Part shown: positions 18,548-31,100 of the stretch, one piece after another
Numbering within the stretch: the stretch's first letter is position 1
How the letters are laid out: each line of letters opens with the position of its first letter
The notes under the pieces: generated by a model
Databases searched by the model: none
What the model was told of the DNA's origin: nothing
Seen by the model: the letters and a program-made list of their open reading frames with translations, nothing else
DNA from: Rubripirellula sp.
GTDB taxonomy: Bacteria > Planctomycetota > Planctomycetia > Pirellulales > Pirellulaceae
Length of the DNA stretch: 64,000 bases
Direction: 5' to 3'
NCBI GenBank assembly: GCA_965216875.1
Contig: OZ244207.1
Coordinates: 384,001 to 448,000, forward strand
Position numbers and translations under genes: made by a program

Positions 18548-19648
18548 ATGACTCAAAGCGAATCGCAATCCGAAAGCACGGTGCTCACGCCGCATCGCCG
18601 CATCCTCGAGCTGGACGCGTTGCGCGCACTGGCAGCGATCAACCTGGTGTTGTTCCACTTCACTCATGTCTATTCGGTGAAGTTCGGGTACTCCAGTCCG
18701 CTTGGGTTTGAATGGCCGTACGGGGCCTATGGCGTTGAGATGTTTTTCATCTTGAGTGGTTTCGTGAACAGCATGTCGCTGTTGCGGCGTGGCAAGCCCG
18801 TCGACTTCGTTGCCGCTCGCATGATACGGATCATTCCCGTGTTCATGATGGTGATCATTGCGAACGTGTGGATTTTGCAGCTGGCTCCGATGGGCGAGCA
18901 TGTTTCGACAGCCCAATTCCTTGCCAACATGACCTTGTTGCCAAAGGTGCTTGGGTACGAATGCCTCGACCCGGTGATGTGGACGTTGCAGGTCGAGATG
19001 ATGTTTTACTTGACACTCGTGACCCTGTTCAAAATCGGTGCGTTGCGGCGTTACTTCCTCGGTTGGGGAACCTTGTTGGCATTGTCCTACATCGTTTGTC
19101 CCACTCTCGATTCGCTTGCGTCCACCTATCAGCACGCGGGATGGTTCTCGGCGGCATCGTCACTGCGTCGCCTGATGCTGCTCGATTTCGTGCCGCTGTT
19201 TACGATCGGTTTCTTGCTTTACATGATCAAAACCGACACCGGCAAACGCTGGCAAAACATTGCCGGCATCCTTGTCGCAGCGTTTGTGTTCCACAGCATC
19301 GATCACGGCAAACATAATCCGCTGGCGACGGCGTTAATCATCGGTTTGGTGACGTTGAGCGCGTATGGAAAGTTGCCAGTCTTGCGGTTGAAACCGCTCG
19401 TTTTTATCAGCACGATCTCGTACCCGATCTATCTGTGCCACAACAATCTGGGTTGCGCATTGATCCATCGTTTTGACCTGATGGGCGTGCCGCCGAGACT
19501 CTGTTTCGTGATCGCCGTCGTCTTCTCGATTGCCTTGGCGATCGTGGTGACCAATCGCATCGAACAACCGATCACCGCGGTACTGAGAAACCTGTGGAGT
19601 CGATGGCGTACGGCAGAGCCAACACCGGCGACGCCCTCGACGAACTGA
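18548..19648 (+). CDS. Acyltransferase family 3 (OafA-like) membrane protein
   Basis: LDALRALAA..LVLFH, GVEMFFILSGFV, R.IRIIP, WTLQVEMMFY, ISYPIYLCH. Confidence 0.9.
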   Translation: MTQSESQSESTVLTPHRRILELDALRALAAINLVLFHFTHVYSVKFGYSSPLGFEWPYGAYGVEMFFILSGFVNSMSLLRRGKPVDFVAARMIRIIPVFMMVIIANVWILQLAPMGEHVSTAQFLANMTLLPKVLGYECLDPVMWTLQVEMMFYLTLVTLFKIGALRRYFLGWGTLLALSYIVCPTLDSLASTYQHAGWFSAASSLRRLMLLDFVPLFTIGFLLYMIKTDTGKRWQNIAGILVAAFVFHSIDHGKHNPLATALIIGLVTLSAYGKLPVLRLKPLVFISTISYPIYLCHNNLGCALIHRFDLMGVPPRLCFVIAVVFSIALAIVVTNRIEQPITAVLRNLWSRWRTAEPTPATPSTN

Positions 19649-19658
19649 TCGATACCCA

Positions 19659-19739
19659 CGTAGGCCGGATTGATGCCGCGTAGTCGGGATCAAGGAACGC
19701 GTAGGCCGGATCAAGGAGCGACAGCGACGCAGATCCGGC
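19659..19739. repeat. REP family F (CGTAGGCCGGATCAAGGAGCGACAGCGACGCAGATCCGGC) with two truncated GTAG copies
   Basis: The 40-mer at 19700-19739 is identical to 24016-24055. Confidence 0.85.
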
Positions 19740-20129
19740 GTGATCCTATGCACCTGTTCCGAACACGTTCGTGGCAAGCGATAGGCGGCGAGCGTTGGAT
19801 CGCTTCATGACCCGTCGCTCTCGCGTTCGGCTCAAAAAACAAAGGCCACCCCGCCAATGACGGTTGGCCTAGGATTGGCGTGGCGAGTCGCGTGCTGTCT
19901 CTTTCGCCCCGAAAATCACGGGCAAGCTTGGACGTAAATGGTCTTCAAAAGGTCATGTGACGGACTCGAAACGTTTTTGCCAAAAATGTCAAGAATGGCC
20001 ATTGGCACAACTTGACGGGGATCGTTACCGCTAGAATGGAGGGCCGGTTGGCGCGGGTGTTTGCGCCGACAGTGTTCGTTGTTGGTCGCAAACAATACAA
20101 AAACCGACCAACTAATTTTGGAGATCGAT

Positions 20130-20447
20130 GTGGGTAAGAATTTGTATTGTGGTAACTTGCCATATAACGTGCGCAGTGCTGAGCTCGAACAAATGTTCGC
20201 AGAGCACGGTGAAGTGGTAAGTGCTCAGGTCATCGAAGACCGGGAGACTGGCCGCAGCAAAGGATTTGGGTTTGTAGAGATGGGATCCGAAGAGGCAGCT
20301 TCGGCAGCAATTGAGACGCTCGATGGCGCCGATCATGGTGGGCGTCCACTGCGAGTCAATGAAGCCAAGCCACGCGAACCACGTGGTGGTGGCGGTGGCG
20401 GACGTCACGGCGGTGGTGGCCATGGTGGTGGCGGACGCCGCTACTAA
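20130..20447 (+). CDS. RRM-domain RNA-binding protein with Gly-rich tail
   Basis: LYCGNL (RNP2), SKGFGFVEM (RNP1), LRVNEAKPR, GGGG tail; GTG start after GGAG. Confidence 0.93.
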   Translation: MGKNLYCGNLPYNVRSAELEQMFAEHGEVVSAQVIEDRETGRSKGFGFVEMGSEEAASAAIETLDGADHGGRPLRVNEAKPREPRGGGGGGRHGGGGHGGGGRRY

Positions 20448-20602
20448 GACAGCAACCTCTTTTTGATGAGCGTTCGGTGTCAAACGGATTTCACGCCGAA
20501 CGGCTAGCTTCTTCGGGATGTTGACCGCCACCGTGGCATTGGGCTCGACCAGTTCGGCCCAATCCCAGGCGCCATATTTGAAGTGGACCGCACCCGACGC
20601 CG

Positions 20603-21814
20603 CTAGCCAATGAGCTCTCTCAGATTCGCGACGGTGTGATTCGTGTCGCTATCGGTCCGCATTCGCAGGGCCACCTCTCTCTGCCGCTGCGTCAACAGAA
20701 TCGGTTGGCCCTGCTCGGGCAAACACGCGACGAGTTCTTGCTCGATCGCCAGCATCAGTTCCTTGATTCCGTCGCCGTGAAGTGCTGCGGTTTGATAGAT
20801 GTGATCAGACCGATGACGTGAAAGTTCGTCGGGTTCTCGATGGGAATCATCCAGCAAGTCGCACTTGTTCAGCACCCGCAGGCAAGGCTTGTTGTGCCAG
20901 TCCGGGAGGGATGTTGGCGAAGTTTCTTGCCCGCTCGAAATGGCTGGTTCGGTGACGAGAATCACGAGGTCAGCATCGGAGATCGCAATGGTGGCTCGTT
21001 TGATTCCCGCCTGCTCGATCGTGTCGGGGGATTCGCGGAAACCCGCAGTGTCACTGAGGCACATTGGGATGCCGCCAATCACCGCCTCGGCATGAAGCAC
21101 GTCTCGGGTTGTACCGGCCTCATCAAAGATGATGCTCCGTTGGTAGCCCAGGATGGCGTTGGACAAACTGCTTTTGCCAACGTTGGGTGGTCCGCAAATC
21201 ACAACTCGAAACGGATCGGTCAGTCGAAGCGTGAATTCAGCAAGCTCGAGCATGACGTCGAGCTGACGATGGAATTCGCCGACCAATCTGCCGCGTGCGG
21301 GTTCGTTCGAGGTGAGTTGTTGTTGCCAATGCGATGCCCAATTGACCAGCGTTCCGCGCGTCTGCTCAAGCACGATTGCGGCAATGCGTTTGGTGCGGCA
21401 CTGGTTGAGGACGCCTTTCGCTTCGACCACACATCGAGGTGTGTCTGGCCCGTTGGCAAGCGTTTCTGCCGGCACTTCGGTTGCTCCAAAACCCCGCAAA
21501 TCATTGAGGATTCGTGTAATTGCGGCTTGCCCGCCGTGACAATGGATTTCGATCGAATCGTCAGCCATGGGGCTGACAACGACCGACTCGGCATGCTCTT
21601 CCTCGCCGCCACCATGCCAGTCGCCATAGCGGATTTGCGTTGGTGCGTAGTCGCGCTGAGTGACCGGATCAAAGCATCGGTTGATCAACGCTTGGGCATC
21701 ACCACCGCGTAGCGCGATCACCGCCACTGCGCTGCGACCGGGACCGGTAAGCCTTGCACAACGCGCATCGACAAAATCGGTTTTGATTGAATCTGTGTTT
21801 TTGGGTAAAGACAT
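20603..21814 (-). CDS. mnmE: MnmE/TrmE-like GTPase (short, lacks C-terminal FCxGK)
   Basis: GRSAVAVI, EIHCHGG, GPPNVGKSSL, AGTTRD, DTAG, NKCD. Confidence 0.8.
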   Translation of the reverse strand: MSLPKNTDSIKTDFVDARCARLTGPGRSAVAVIALRGGDAQALINRCFDPVTQRDYAPTQIRYGDWHGGGEEEHAESVVVSPMADDSIEIHCHGGQAAITRILNDLRGFGATEVPAETLANGPDTPRCVVEAKGVLNQCRTKRIAAIVLEQTRGTLVNWASHWQQQLTSNEPARGRLVGEFHRQLDVMLELAEFTLRLTDPFRVVICGPPNVGKSSLSNAILGYQRSIIFDEAGTTRDVLHAEAVIGGIPMCLSDTAGFRESPDTIEQAGIKRATIAISDADLVILVTEPAISSGQETSPTSLPDWHNKPCLRVLNKCDLLDDSHREPDELSRHRSDHIYQTAALHGDGIKELMLAIEQELVACLPEQGQPILLTQRQREVALRMRTDSDTNHTVANLRELIG

Positions 21815-21879
21815 ACTTGCGCGATTGATTAAATTGACGCAGCACTGCGTTTGCTCACTAGGGATCTGCATCACGTGTT

Positions 21880-22902
21880 ATGGCCAAATCGACGCCAAAT
21901 CTTGCAAAGATGAGCGACGAGCAATTGCTCGACACTCGGATGTGTGATTTGAAGCTGAGCATCCGTGATACTCCACTTGAAAAAAGAGTGGAACAGCTCA
22001 ACGAAGAACTTGCCCATCGCAAGTTGAATTTTCGCCCGCATTGCTGGCTGAGCGATGACTGGTTCTCGCCAGATGGAATTCCGGGGATCGCGATTCCGTT
22101 TTACCTGGCTCACCCACGGTTGGCCCGGCTGGAGCGAAAGCAGCTGCTTGAGGTCGAGGGAGGCACCCAGGAGTGGTGCATGAAGATCCTTCGCCACGAG
22201 GCGGGGCATGCGATTGACACCGCATTTCGGCTCAGTCGCAAGGCAAGCTACCGAAAAATCTTTGGGAATTCTTCCCAACCTTACCCAGAGTCCTACCAGC
22301 CCACTCCATCGAGCCGTGATTACGTGCTACACCTGGAGATGTGGTACGCCCAGGCGCATCCGCTTGAGGATTTTGCCGAGACCTTTGCCGTCTGGCTCAA
22401 GCCTGGATCGAGGTGGCGTACCCGATATCGCGACTGGCCCGCGATCAAAAAGCTGGAATGGGTGGACGACTTCATGAAATCGATCAACGGCAAGAAGCCT
22501 GTGGTGTGCAGTCGACGAACGACGGATCCGCTCTCGAGGATTCGCCGGACGCTGCGGACCCATTATCGCCGCAAGCGCGAGCACTACGGTGTCGATTATC
22601 CGAGCGTTTACGACAAGGATTTGCGGAGGCTCTTTTCGTCCGACCCGGCTCATCGCCGCAAGATCACAGCGGCCGCATTTCTGACCCAGATTCGGGCGGA
22701 GCTTCGTCGTACGGTCGCCAAGTGGACCGGCGAGTATTCTTACACGATTGACCAAGTCGTCCAGGAAATGATTCAGCGATGTCGTGAGCTGAATTTGCGG
22801 TTGGGCAGCCCGGTCGACGAAGCGAAACGTGATGCGATGATTCTGGTCGCGGTGCGAACGACCAACTTCCTGCATGAAGGACGTCATCGTGTTGTCGTCT
22901 AA
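21880..22902 (+). CDS. Putative zinc-binding metallopeptidase (zincin)
   Basis: LRHEAGH (HExxH) and YAQAHPLEDFAETF. Confidence 0.82.
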   Translation: MAKSTPNLAKMSDEQLLDTRMCDLKLSIRDTPLEKRVEQLNEELAHRKLNFRPHCWLSDDWFSPDGIPGIAIPFYLAHPRLARLERKQLLEVEGGTQEWCMKILRHEAGHAIDTAFRLSRKASYRKIFGNSSQPYPESYQPTPSSRDYVLHLEMWYAQAHPLEDFAETFAVWLKPGSRWRTRYRDWPAIKKLEWVDDFMKSINGKKPVVCSRRTTDPLSRIRRTLRTHYRRKREHYGVDYPSVYDKDLRRLFSSDPAHRRKITAAAFLTQIRAELRRTVAKWTGEYSYTIDQVVQEMIQRCRELNLRLGSPVDEAKRDAMILVAVRTTNFLHEGRHRVVV

Positions 22903-22962
22903 TGCCCCATCCGACGCAGCGAAAAGGCTCGTTGGTCCTCGACGTGAATCACAGGCGGTGGC

Positions 22963-23991
22963 GTGAGCAAACTCAAAGTACTCGTGCTGGTCCGTGAAGG
23001 GCATGTCCCACCGCTCACGCTCGAAGGGGTCGCCAAGAAAGATCTCGATGCTTGGAAGGCCGAGTTCGATGTTTGCGAGACGCTGCGTCGTCTCGGACAC
23101 GAAGTGCTGCCGCTGGGCGTCTACGACGACCTCGCGCCGATTCGAAAGGCACTGTTCGAGTTCGAGCCCAATATCACCTTCATGATGCTGGAAGAATTTC
23201 ACGGCGTTGTGACGTACGACTTTGCCGTCATCAGCTATTTGGAATTGATGCAGCAGCCCTACACGGGATGCAACCCACGCGGTCTGTTGCTGAGCAAGGA
23301 CAAGGCGCTTTCAAAGAAGGTGTTGACTTATCACCGCATCCCGACGCCTCGGTTTGCCGTCTTTCCCCTCGGCAAAAAGGTCCACCGTCCGAAGAAGTTG
23401 GCCTTTCCACTGTTCGTCAAGTCGGTGGTCGAAGACGCTTCCTTCGGTATCTCGCAAGCTTCGATCGTGCACACCGACGAAGCGCTCGCCGAACGTGTTC
23501 AGTTCGTGCATGAAAAGACGGGCGATGACGCGATCGCAGAACAATACATCGAAGGACGCGAGCTTTACGTTGGCGTGATCGGCAACACGCGTTTGCAAAC
23601 GTTTCCCGCCTGGGAAATGGACTTCGGGAACTTTCCCGATGATGTGGCGCGGATCGCGACCAGTCGCGTGAAGTGGGATCACAAGTATCAGGAAAAGTAC
23701 GGGATCACAACGAGCGCCGCCAAAGGGCTCGACGAATCGACCGAAGCGAAGTTGTCCAAGATTTGTAAACGTGTCTATCGCGCGTTGAACATGAGTGGTT
23801 ACGGACGCATGGACCTGCGGTTGACCGACAGTGGCGACATCTACGTGATTGAAGCGAACGCCAACCCGAATATCGAATTTGGCGAAGACTTTGCCGAGTC
23901 AGCCGAGGTGGTCGGTGTTTCCTACGAAGCGCTCATGCAACGCATTCTAAATCTCGGCCTGCGCTACAAAGCCGCTTGGATGACGGTTTGA
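22963..23991 (+). CDS. D-Ala-D-Ala ligase-like ATP-grasp enzyme
   Basis: PYTG, DKALSK, FVKS..EDASFGI, EQYIEGREL, GYGRMDLR, IEANANP; GTG start. Confidence 0.85.
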   Translation: MSKLKVLVLVREGHVPPLTLEGVAKKDLDAWKAEFDVCETLRRLGHEVLPLGVYDDLAPIRKALFEFEPNITFMMLEEFHGVVTYDFAVISYLELMQQPYTGCNPRGLLLSKDKALSKKVLTYHRIPTPRFAVFPLGKKVHRPKKLAFPLFVKSVVEDASFGISQASIVHTDEALAERVQFVHEKTGDDAIAEQYIEGRELYVGVIGNTRLQTFPAWEMDFGNFPDDVARIATSRVKWDHKYQEKYGITTSAAKGLDESTEAKLSKICKRVYRALNMSGYGRMDLRLTDSGDIYVIEANANPNIEFGEDFAESAEVVGVSYEALMQRILNLGLRYKAAWMTV

Positions 23992-24015
23992 GGCGATGAC
24001 GGTTTGAGGAGATCT

Positions 24016-24164
24016 CGTAGGCCGGATCAAGGAGCGACAGCGACGCAGATCCGGCATCGTTCATCGTCCCGCTACTAGGCGGCAAGAGCCGAAGATTCCG
24101 GCTAAAGCTCGGTACTACGAACTGCTAAGAACTGAAGACTCCGGCTAAAGCTCGGTACTACGAA
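24016..24164. repeat. REP cluster (family F plus two family B arms CCGGCTAAAGCTCGGTACTACGAAC)
   Basis: Direct identity with copies elsewhere in the window. Confidence 0.85.
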
Positions 24165-24328
24165 CTGGTTACTCGTAGAACATCACAACCACTACAACCG
24201 GAACAGTCTGCGCGACCCTGACTCCAGTGGCTTTCGCGATCGTGGAACTGGCGGCGGCCACCGCAGTGCCCTCCGCCGCGACCTAGCTTTAGGTGTCTCA
24301 AACCGTAACCACGTGATGGCATTTTCCG

Positions 24329-24790
24329 ATGAAGGCACTCTTTCCATATTCGCTAGTCGCTCTTTTGGCGGCTCTCGTTTCAGGATGTAGCGCCGATCCG
24401 GAAGCGTTGCAGTCTTTGCAAGACGCCGTCAATCAAGTCAACCTTGCCGCGGCCAATGACGTATTGGTCCCGCAAGTGCGATCAGATGAAGTGGAATACA
24501 CGCCTCCCTTCCCAGATCGGATTGATCCCTTCACTTTCCCTGCGGGGGCGGCAGCCGTCACGCAGCAGACGGGAACCAGCATCACGTCGGCCGCGCAGAT
24601 CACCGTGCTTGGATTTGCCGAAGTGGACCAACCACGCGTCTTCTTGCGCACACGTGAAACCACGCGTTCTCTCGTCGTTGGCGACACTATGGATGGCGTG
24701 GAGGTGATCGCAATCAATCCGCCCACCGTCGATTTGCGGATGGGATCGCTTCAGTGGCGGGCATCGATGTTCGAGACCAACTCGCAGTGA
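24329..24790 (+). CDS. Hypothetical lipoprotein (weak PilP/GspC-like C-terminus)
   Basis: LVSGC lipobox, DPF motif, VGDTMDGVEVIAI. Confidence 0.65.
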   Translation: MKALFPYSLVALLAALVSGCSADPEALQSLQDAVNQVNLAAANDVLVPQVRSDEVEYTPPFPDRIDPFTFPAGAAAVTQQTGTSITSAAQITVLGFAEVDQPRVFLRTRETTRSLVVGDTMDGVEVIAINPPTVDLRMGSLQWRASMFETNSQ

Positions 24791-25071
24791 TCATCAGGAT
24801 CCGTTGTGATCATCACGATCGTTGCCGGTTGTCTTTCTCGCCGATGGCCCAGTTTGCCTGGCGAGTGAATTTTCATTGAGACTGGTGTCCAGGCAATTGA
24901 GTCTTGTCGTAATTCAACGATGAGACCCGAGAGTTTTGTTCGAAAACGGCTTGGATCGTCCAATTCTTAGACCGTCTCTGCTATCCTCTTGCACGACGCC
25001 GCTGCGCCCTTGTCACGCGTGAATACCGGCAGTTTCGAAGAGCGATCAAGAGAGAGTTTGAGCAAGAATCG

Positions 25072-26178
25072 ATGAGTGAGTCGGTGTGTCGATGGGGGTT
25101 CCTGAGCACGGCGGGGATTGCCCGAAAGAACTGGAAAGGCGTTCGCCTCAGTGGCAACGGTCGCGTTTCGGCGGTGGCGAGCCGAAGTGTGGAAAAGGCC
25201 CAGCGTTTCATTGATGAATGTTCGGCCGAAGTCCCACAAAGCCAACCGGTCGAAGCCGTTGGCTCGTATGCCGAGTTGTTGCAACGCGACGATGTCGATG
25301 CGGTGTACATTCCCTTGCCGACTGGAATGCGGAAGGAGTGGGTGATTGCAGCTGCCGAAGCAGGCAAGCACGTGTTGTGTGAAAAGCCAGTGGCGATCAA
25401 CGCAGATGACGCGGCAGAGATGATCGAAGCTTGCGACAACGCAGGCGTTCAGTTCATGGATGGCGTGATGTTTGATCATAGCGCGCGAATCCAAGAGGTT
25501 GTCGACCGCGTTCATTCGGGTGAAGCGGTTGGTCGCATGCGGCGGATTGCCAGTCACTTTTCGTTTGCGGGTGACCCGGCGTTTGTGCAGTCGAACATTC
25601 GCACCAACAGCACGCTCGAACCCCATGGCTGCCTGGGCGACCTCGGTTGGTACAACATTCGGTTCACACTTTGGTTGACCCGATTCACGATGCCGACCAC
25701 GGTCACCGCTCGCATGTTGTCGTCACTCGGTGGTGACGCTTCGGGCGGCCAAGTCCCTGGCGAGATGGTGGCGGAACTGCAGTTTCCCGACGGCGTCTCG
25801 GCATCGTTCTATTGTTCGTTCTTGACGATCAATCAGCAGACGGCACACGTGTCGGGCGATCAGGGCTACATCAGCCTCGATGACTTTGTGCTGCCGCTTG
25901 TCGATTCCGAAGTGGCTTGGAAGGAGCATGCTCATGTGCTGGAGATCGACAATTGTCGTTGGAACTTTGGCCGTCGTTCCCAACGACACGCCATCGCTGA
26001 ATACCACGCTGGTGAATCGAATTCCCAAGAAACGGTGATGTTGCGGCGATTGGCCGACATCGCGCTGAGCGGAACGGTTGACCCTCAATACAGTTCCCGC
26101 GCCCTGCAAACGCAAACGATCCTCGACGCGTGTCGCCAAAGTGCGATTGCTGGTGGCAAAGTCATTGAGTTGACCTAG
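25072..26178 (+). CDS. Gfo/Idh/MocA family oxidoreductase
   Basis: WGFLSTAGIA, DAVYIPLP, GKHVLCEKP, GCLGDLGWY. Confidence 0.92.
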   Translation: MSESVCRWGFLSTAGIARKNWKGVRLSGNGRVSAVASRSVEKAQRFIDECSAEVPQSQPVEAVGSYAELLQRDDVDAVYIPLPTGMRKEWVIAAAEAGKHVLCEKPVAINADDAAEMIEACDNAGVQFMDGVMFDHSARIQEVVDRVHSGEAVGRMRRIASHFSFAGDPAFVQSNIRTNSTLEPHGCLGDLGWYNIRFTLWLTRFTMPTTVTARMLSSLGGDASGGQVPGEMVAELQFPDGVSASFYCSFLTINQQTAHVSGDQGYISLDDFVLPLVDSEVAWKEHAHVLEIDNCRWNFGRRSQRHAIAEYHAGESNSQETVMLRRLADIALSGTVDPQYSSRALQTQTILDACRQSAIAGGKVIELT

Positions 26179-26237
26179 CAGGCCGCCGAATCCCGCCCCG
26201 CATTTCCATCTCGCTCCTCCCTCCCTTCACCACAGCA

Positions 26238-27866
<1,629 letters not shown>

Positions 27867-28142
27867 TTGATGAAATTCCGATGAATCTGACTCCCGGTAT
27901 GTGGAGTACGTCGAGAGCTTCGACTTGATTGAAGATTGGATTTGATGGGGGATGGGGCAAACGCTTGGTGTCGCTGTTGCTCCTCAATCATTTGGGCAAC
28001 AGACCGAACCAACGCTTTGGTTAGGCCCACATTGAAAGCGTTATCCAACGCTGTGAGCGCGCGTGCTTGAATCGTTCTCTGGTATCGGTCGATGGGACCA
28101 ATGCCACGAGCGCCCTGAACGATTCATGCTGGGCTCACGAAA

Positions 28143-31100
28143 TTGATGAGCCCCATGGTCGACGAAAGATTCAAAGAACCATCCTCCGACACTCGCGTGC
28201 GCGTCCAAGGCGACAAGGACACGGCGCATGGTGAGGGGTCGGCAAACGACATGAAACCGCCCTGGAACGAGGGCGATGTTTTGGGTGAGTTCGTGCTTGA
28301 GAAACAGCTTGGTCGAGGCACGAGCGGGTTCGTCTATCGTGCAATGGATCAGCGAGTTCAGCGTCGCTGTGCGTTGAAGCTGTTGATGCCGATGATCCTG
28401 CCCGAAGATTTGGTGCGCAACAAACTTGGCTTTCGTCGGATGATGTCGATTGAGCATCCGAGTTTGTTGAAGGTTCATCGGATCCACCAGCTCGACAAAA
28501 CGACAGCGATGTCGATGGAGGAGGTTCACGGTAAGACGCTCAACCATGCCGTGAAAGAACTCAAAAAGCTCGATGCTGCGGAAGCCTATTCGCGGCTGGT
28601 CCGGCTCACACGCGACTACGCCGCTGGATTGGCGGTCATGCATGTCAACGGCTATGTCCATCGTGACATCAAGCCCCAGAATCTAATGGTCGATTCTGAG
28701 GGTCACGGGCGGATCATTGATTACGGATTGGTGGGCACGTTTGATCCTGAGACCGATCCGAATGGTTATCGGCACTACCTTGCCGGGACGCCTCGCTATT
28801 TCTCGCCGGAAACGCTGTGGTACCAACACTACTTGCCAGCCGGCGACATCTTTTCGCTTGGTGTGGTGATGCTCGAAGCATTGCACACGATTAAATGGGA
28901 GCATGAAGAAGACGTCTTCAAGCGAAGCGAAAAGAGTAGCCGTGATGATGCTGAGAACCTGAGCGAAGCGATCGAAGGCCTCGACCAGTCCGTGCCGGAC
29001 GAGCTGCGCGAGATGTGCCTGGAAATGTTGCAACGTGAACCGGGTGAGCGTCCCACGGCAATGGAAGTTGCCCGCGTTGGGCTCACAACCACATTGAGGT
29101 TCGATTTTCCTCAGGAGACATCGCTTGTCGGTCGCCGACAGGAACGAACCACCGCTTTGAATTGGCTGGACGATATCTACGACGGTGGCGTCGGCCGTCT
29201 GCATATCACGGGGCGATCAGGAATCGGCAAAACACGCTTGGTCGACGAGATTGAGCGTTATGCACATTTGAAGCGCTGGGGCCAAGTCTTCCGCGTTCGC
29301 TGTCGATCTCGAGAAAATCAACCGCTGCAGGCTTTCGACCAGGTATGCGATGAGATCGCAAATCGATATCGGCGGGGTGATCGAGAACCGCTCGAACTTG
29401 ATACGGTCAGTGCAACGATCCTGCACAACATTTTTCCCGTGCTGAAAAATGTTCTGCAGTGCAGCATGAAGATGGTTCCTCCGGGGACATCGACCGAAAG
29501 GCTCGATGCGCTCGAAGCGGCGGCGCGTCTGAGCGTCCAGCTTCGCAAGGTTGGACCGGTTGTTGTGATTCTTGACGATGCCCAGTGGGCCGACCGAGAC
29601 AGTCTCAACGCGCTCGATCGACTGCAAACGGCTCAAGATGATCGTGGTTTGGGCATCATTACCGTATCGCGTGATGCCGAGGACCCGCAAAGGTTGCCTG
29701 CAAGTTGTCGCATTGATGTTACGCCGCTTTCGGAGAGTGATTCGAAAACCATTTTGAAAGCTGCAGCCGAGCGATGGGATGTTGGCCTGAGCGATAAGAT
29801 CATGGATCGTTTGATCGAAGTCGCCGAGGGTGTTCCGTTTCGCTTGCATGAACTGGCGGACGAGTTTCGGCCCGGGCGGGCGCTTGCCGACCTGAGCGAG
29901 CTTTCGACCATGGATGCTTCTGTCCAAAACGTCGGTCAAATCCAGTGGCTTTGGCAGCATCGTCGTGCTCGGTTGAGCGAAGAGGCGTATCAGGTCTTGC
30001 TTTATGTGGTGACGGCGGGCTGCAAGGTTTCGACGGAGCAGCTTGGAAGGTTGACGACCCTTGGTGACGCCGTCGATGCGGCGGTATCCGAATTGGCCCA
30101 GCAGCGTTTGGTGATTGATGATGCGACGGGCGGTGAGTGCATCCAAATCGTGCACGACCAAGTTGCCGACAGCTTGGTGGAAACGCTCACTGGCGAAGAG
30201 AAACGCAAAGCCCATCAGGCGTGGGCAGCGCTCTTGGTTCGCGAAGACCATCCCGAGCGGCTCGCCGCGCGGATTGCGGGCCACTTCATAGCCGCCGAAC
30301 AGCCGTGGCGCGCCGTTTCGTACGCCGTGCTGGCGGCCGAAGAGGCGGAACGATTGGTTGCGATGACCGAAGCGGCTCGCTGGCACGCGATGGTCGTTAA
30401 CCACGTCAAAGGCAAGGAAAAGATCACGCGGATCCGTCACGCAGCACGCTGTTTTCATCAGGCGGATCGACCTGTCGAGGCGGCTGAGTATTACCGGCAA
30501 CTGCTCGAGCACGTCGATGAGAACGAACGCGTCGAGTGTCGGCTCCTGATTGCGAGTTTGTCGATTCGGAGTGGACGCTTTGAGGATGCGCGGCAACAGG
30601 TTCAGCAATTGGCAAGAGTGATCGGTTTGCCACGTCGAAAGAGTTCGCTCGTGAGCAAGCTTTCGCTTGGTTACAAAACGCTGAGCGTCATGGTTCGCGA
30701 GCTGATCAGTCGCAACGAGTCGATCGAAGAAAAACTGAACAAGCCGCCGCGGAGCGAAGGTGAGCAAGCTCATCTCGCCCAGCAACAACTGCGAGTTTGC
30801 GTGACGCTCGCGCGGCCGATGTCGATGTTCGAAAACCTTCATTCGGCTGAGTTGAACATGATGGGCCTTTGGTTGGCCCAACGCGATGGGACGGCGGCGC
30901 AGCGTGTCCATGCGATTGTGGGGCGATCGGTTTTCGGTTGCTATGACCGCGGCAACAATCGAGTGAACAGCGAGACGGCGCTGTACGACATTCGCCCCTT
31001 CGTGAAAGAACTGGGCAACCCGCGGGCCAGCGGTGACATGTGGGCTGGCGTTGCCTACTCACATGCACTTTCACATCGTTGGCAACAAGTCCCAGAGACG

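Noticed and set aside
20012..20037. TTGACG...TAGAAT promoter for the RRM gene
   Set aside because: The spacer is only 14 nt, so the pairing cannot be supported.
22963..23991. Calling this gene ddl
   Set aside because: It lacks Ddl-specific motifs and cell-wall gene context, so it is left as a Ddl-like ATP-grasp.
29217..30911. 564-aa minus-strand ORF
   Set aside because: Antisense shadow of the kinase gene.
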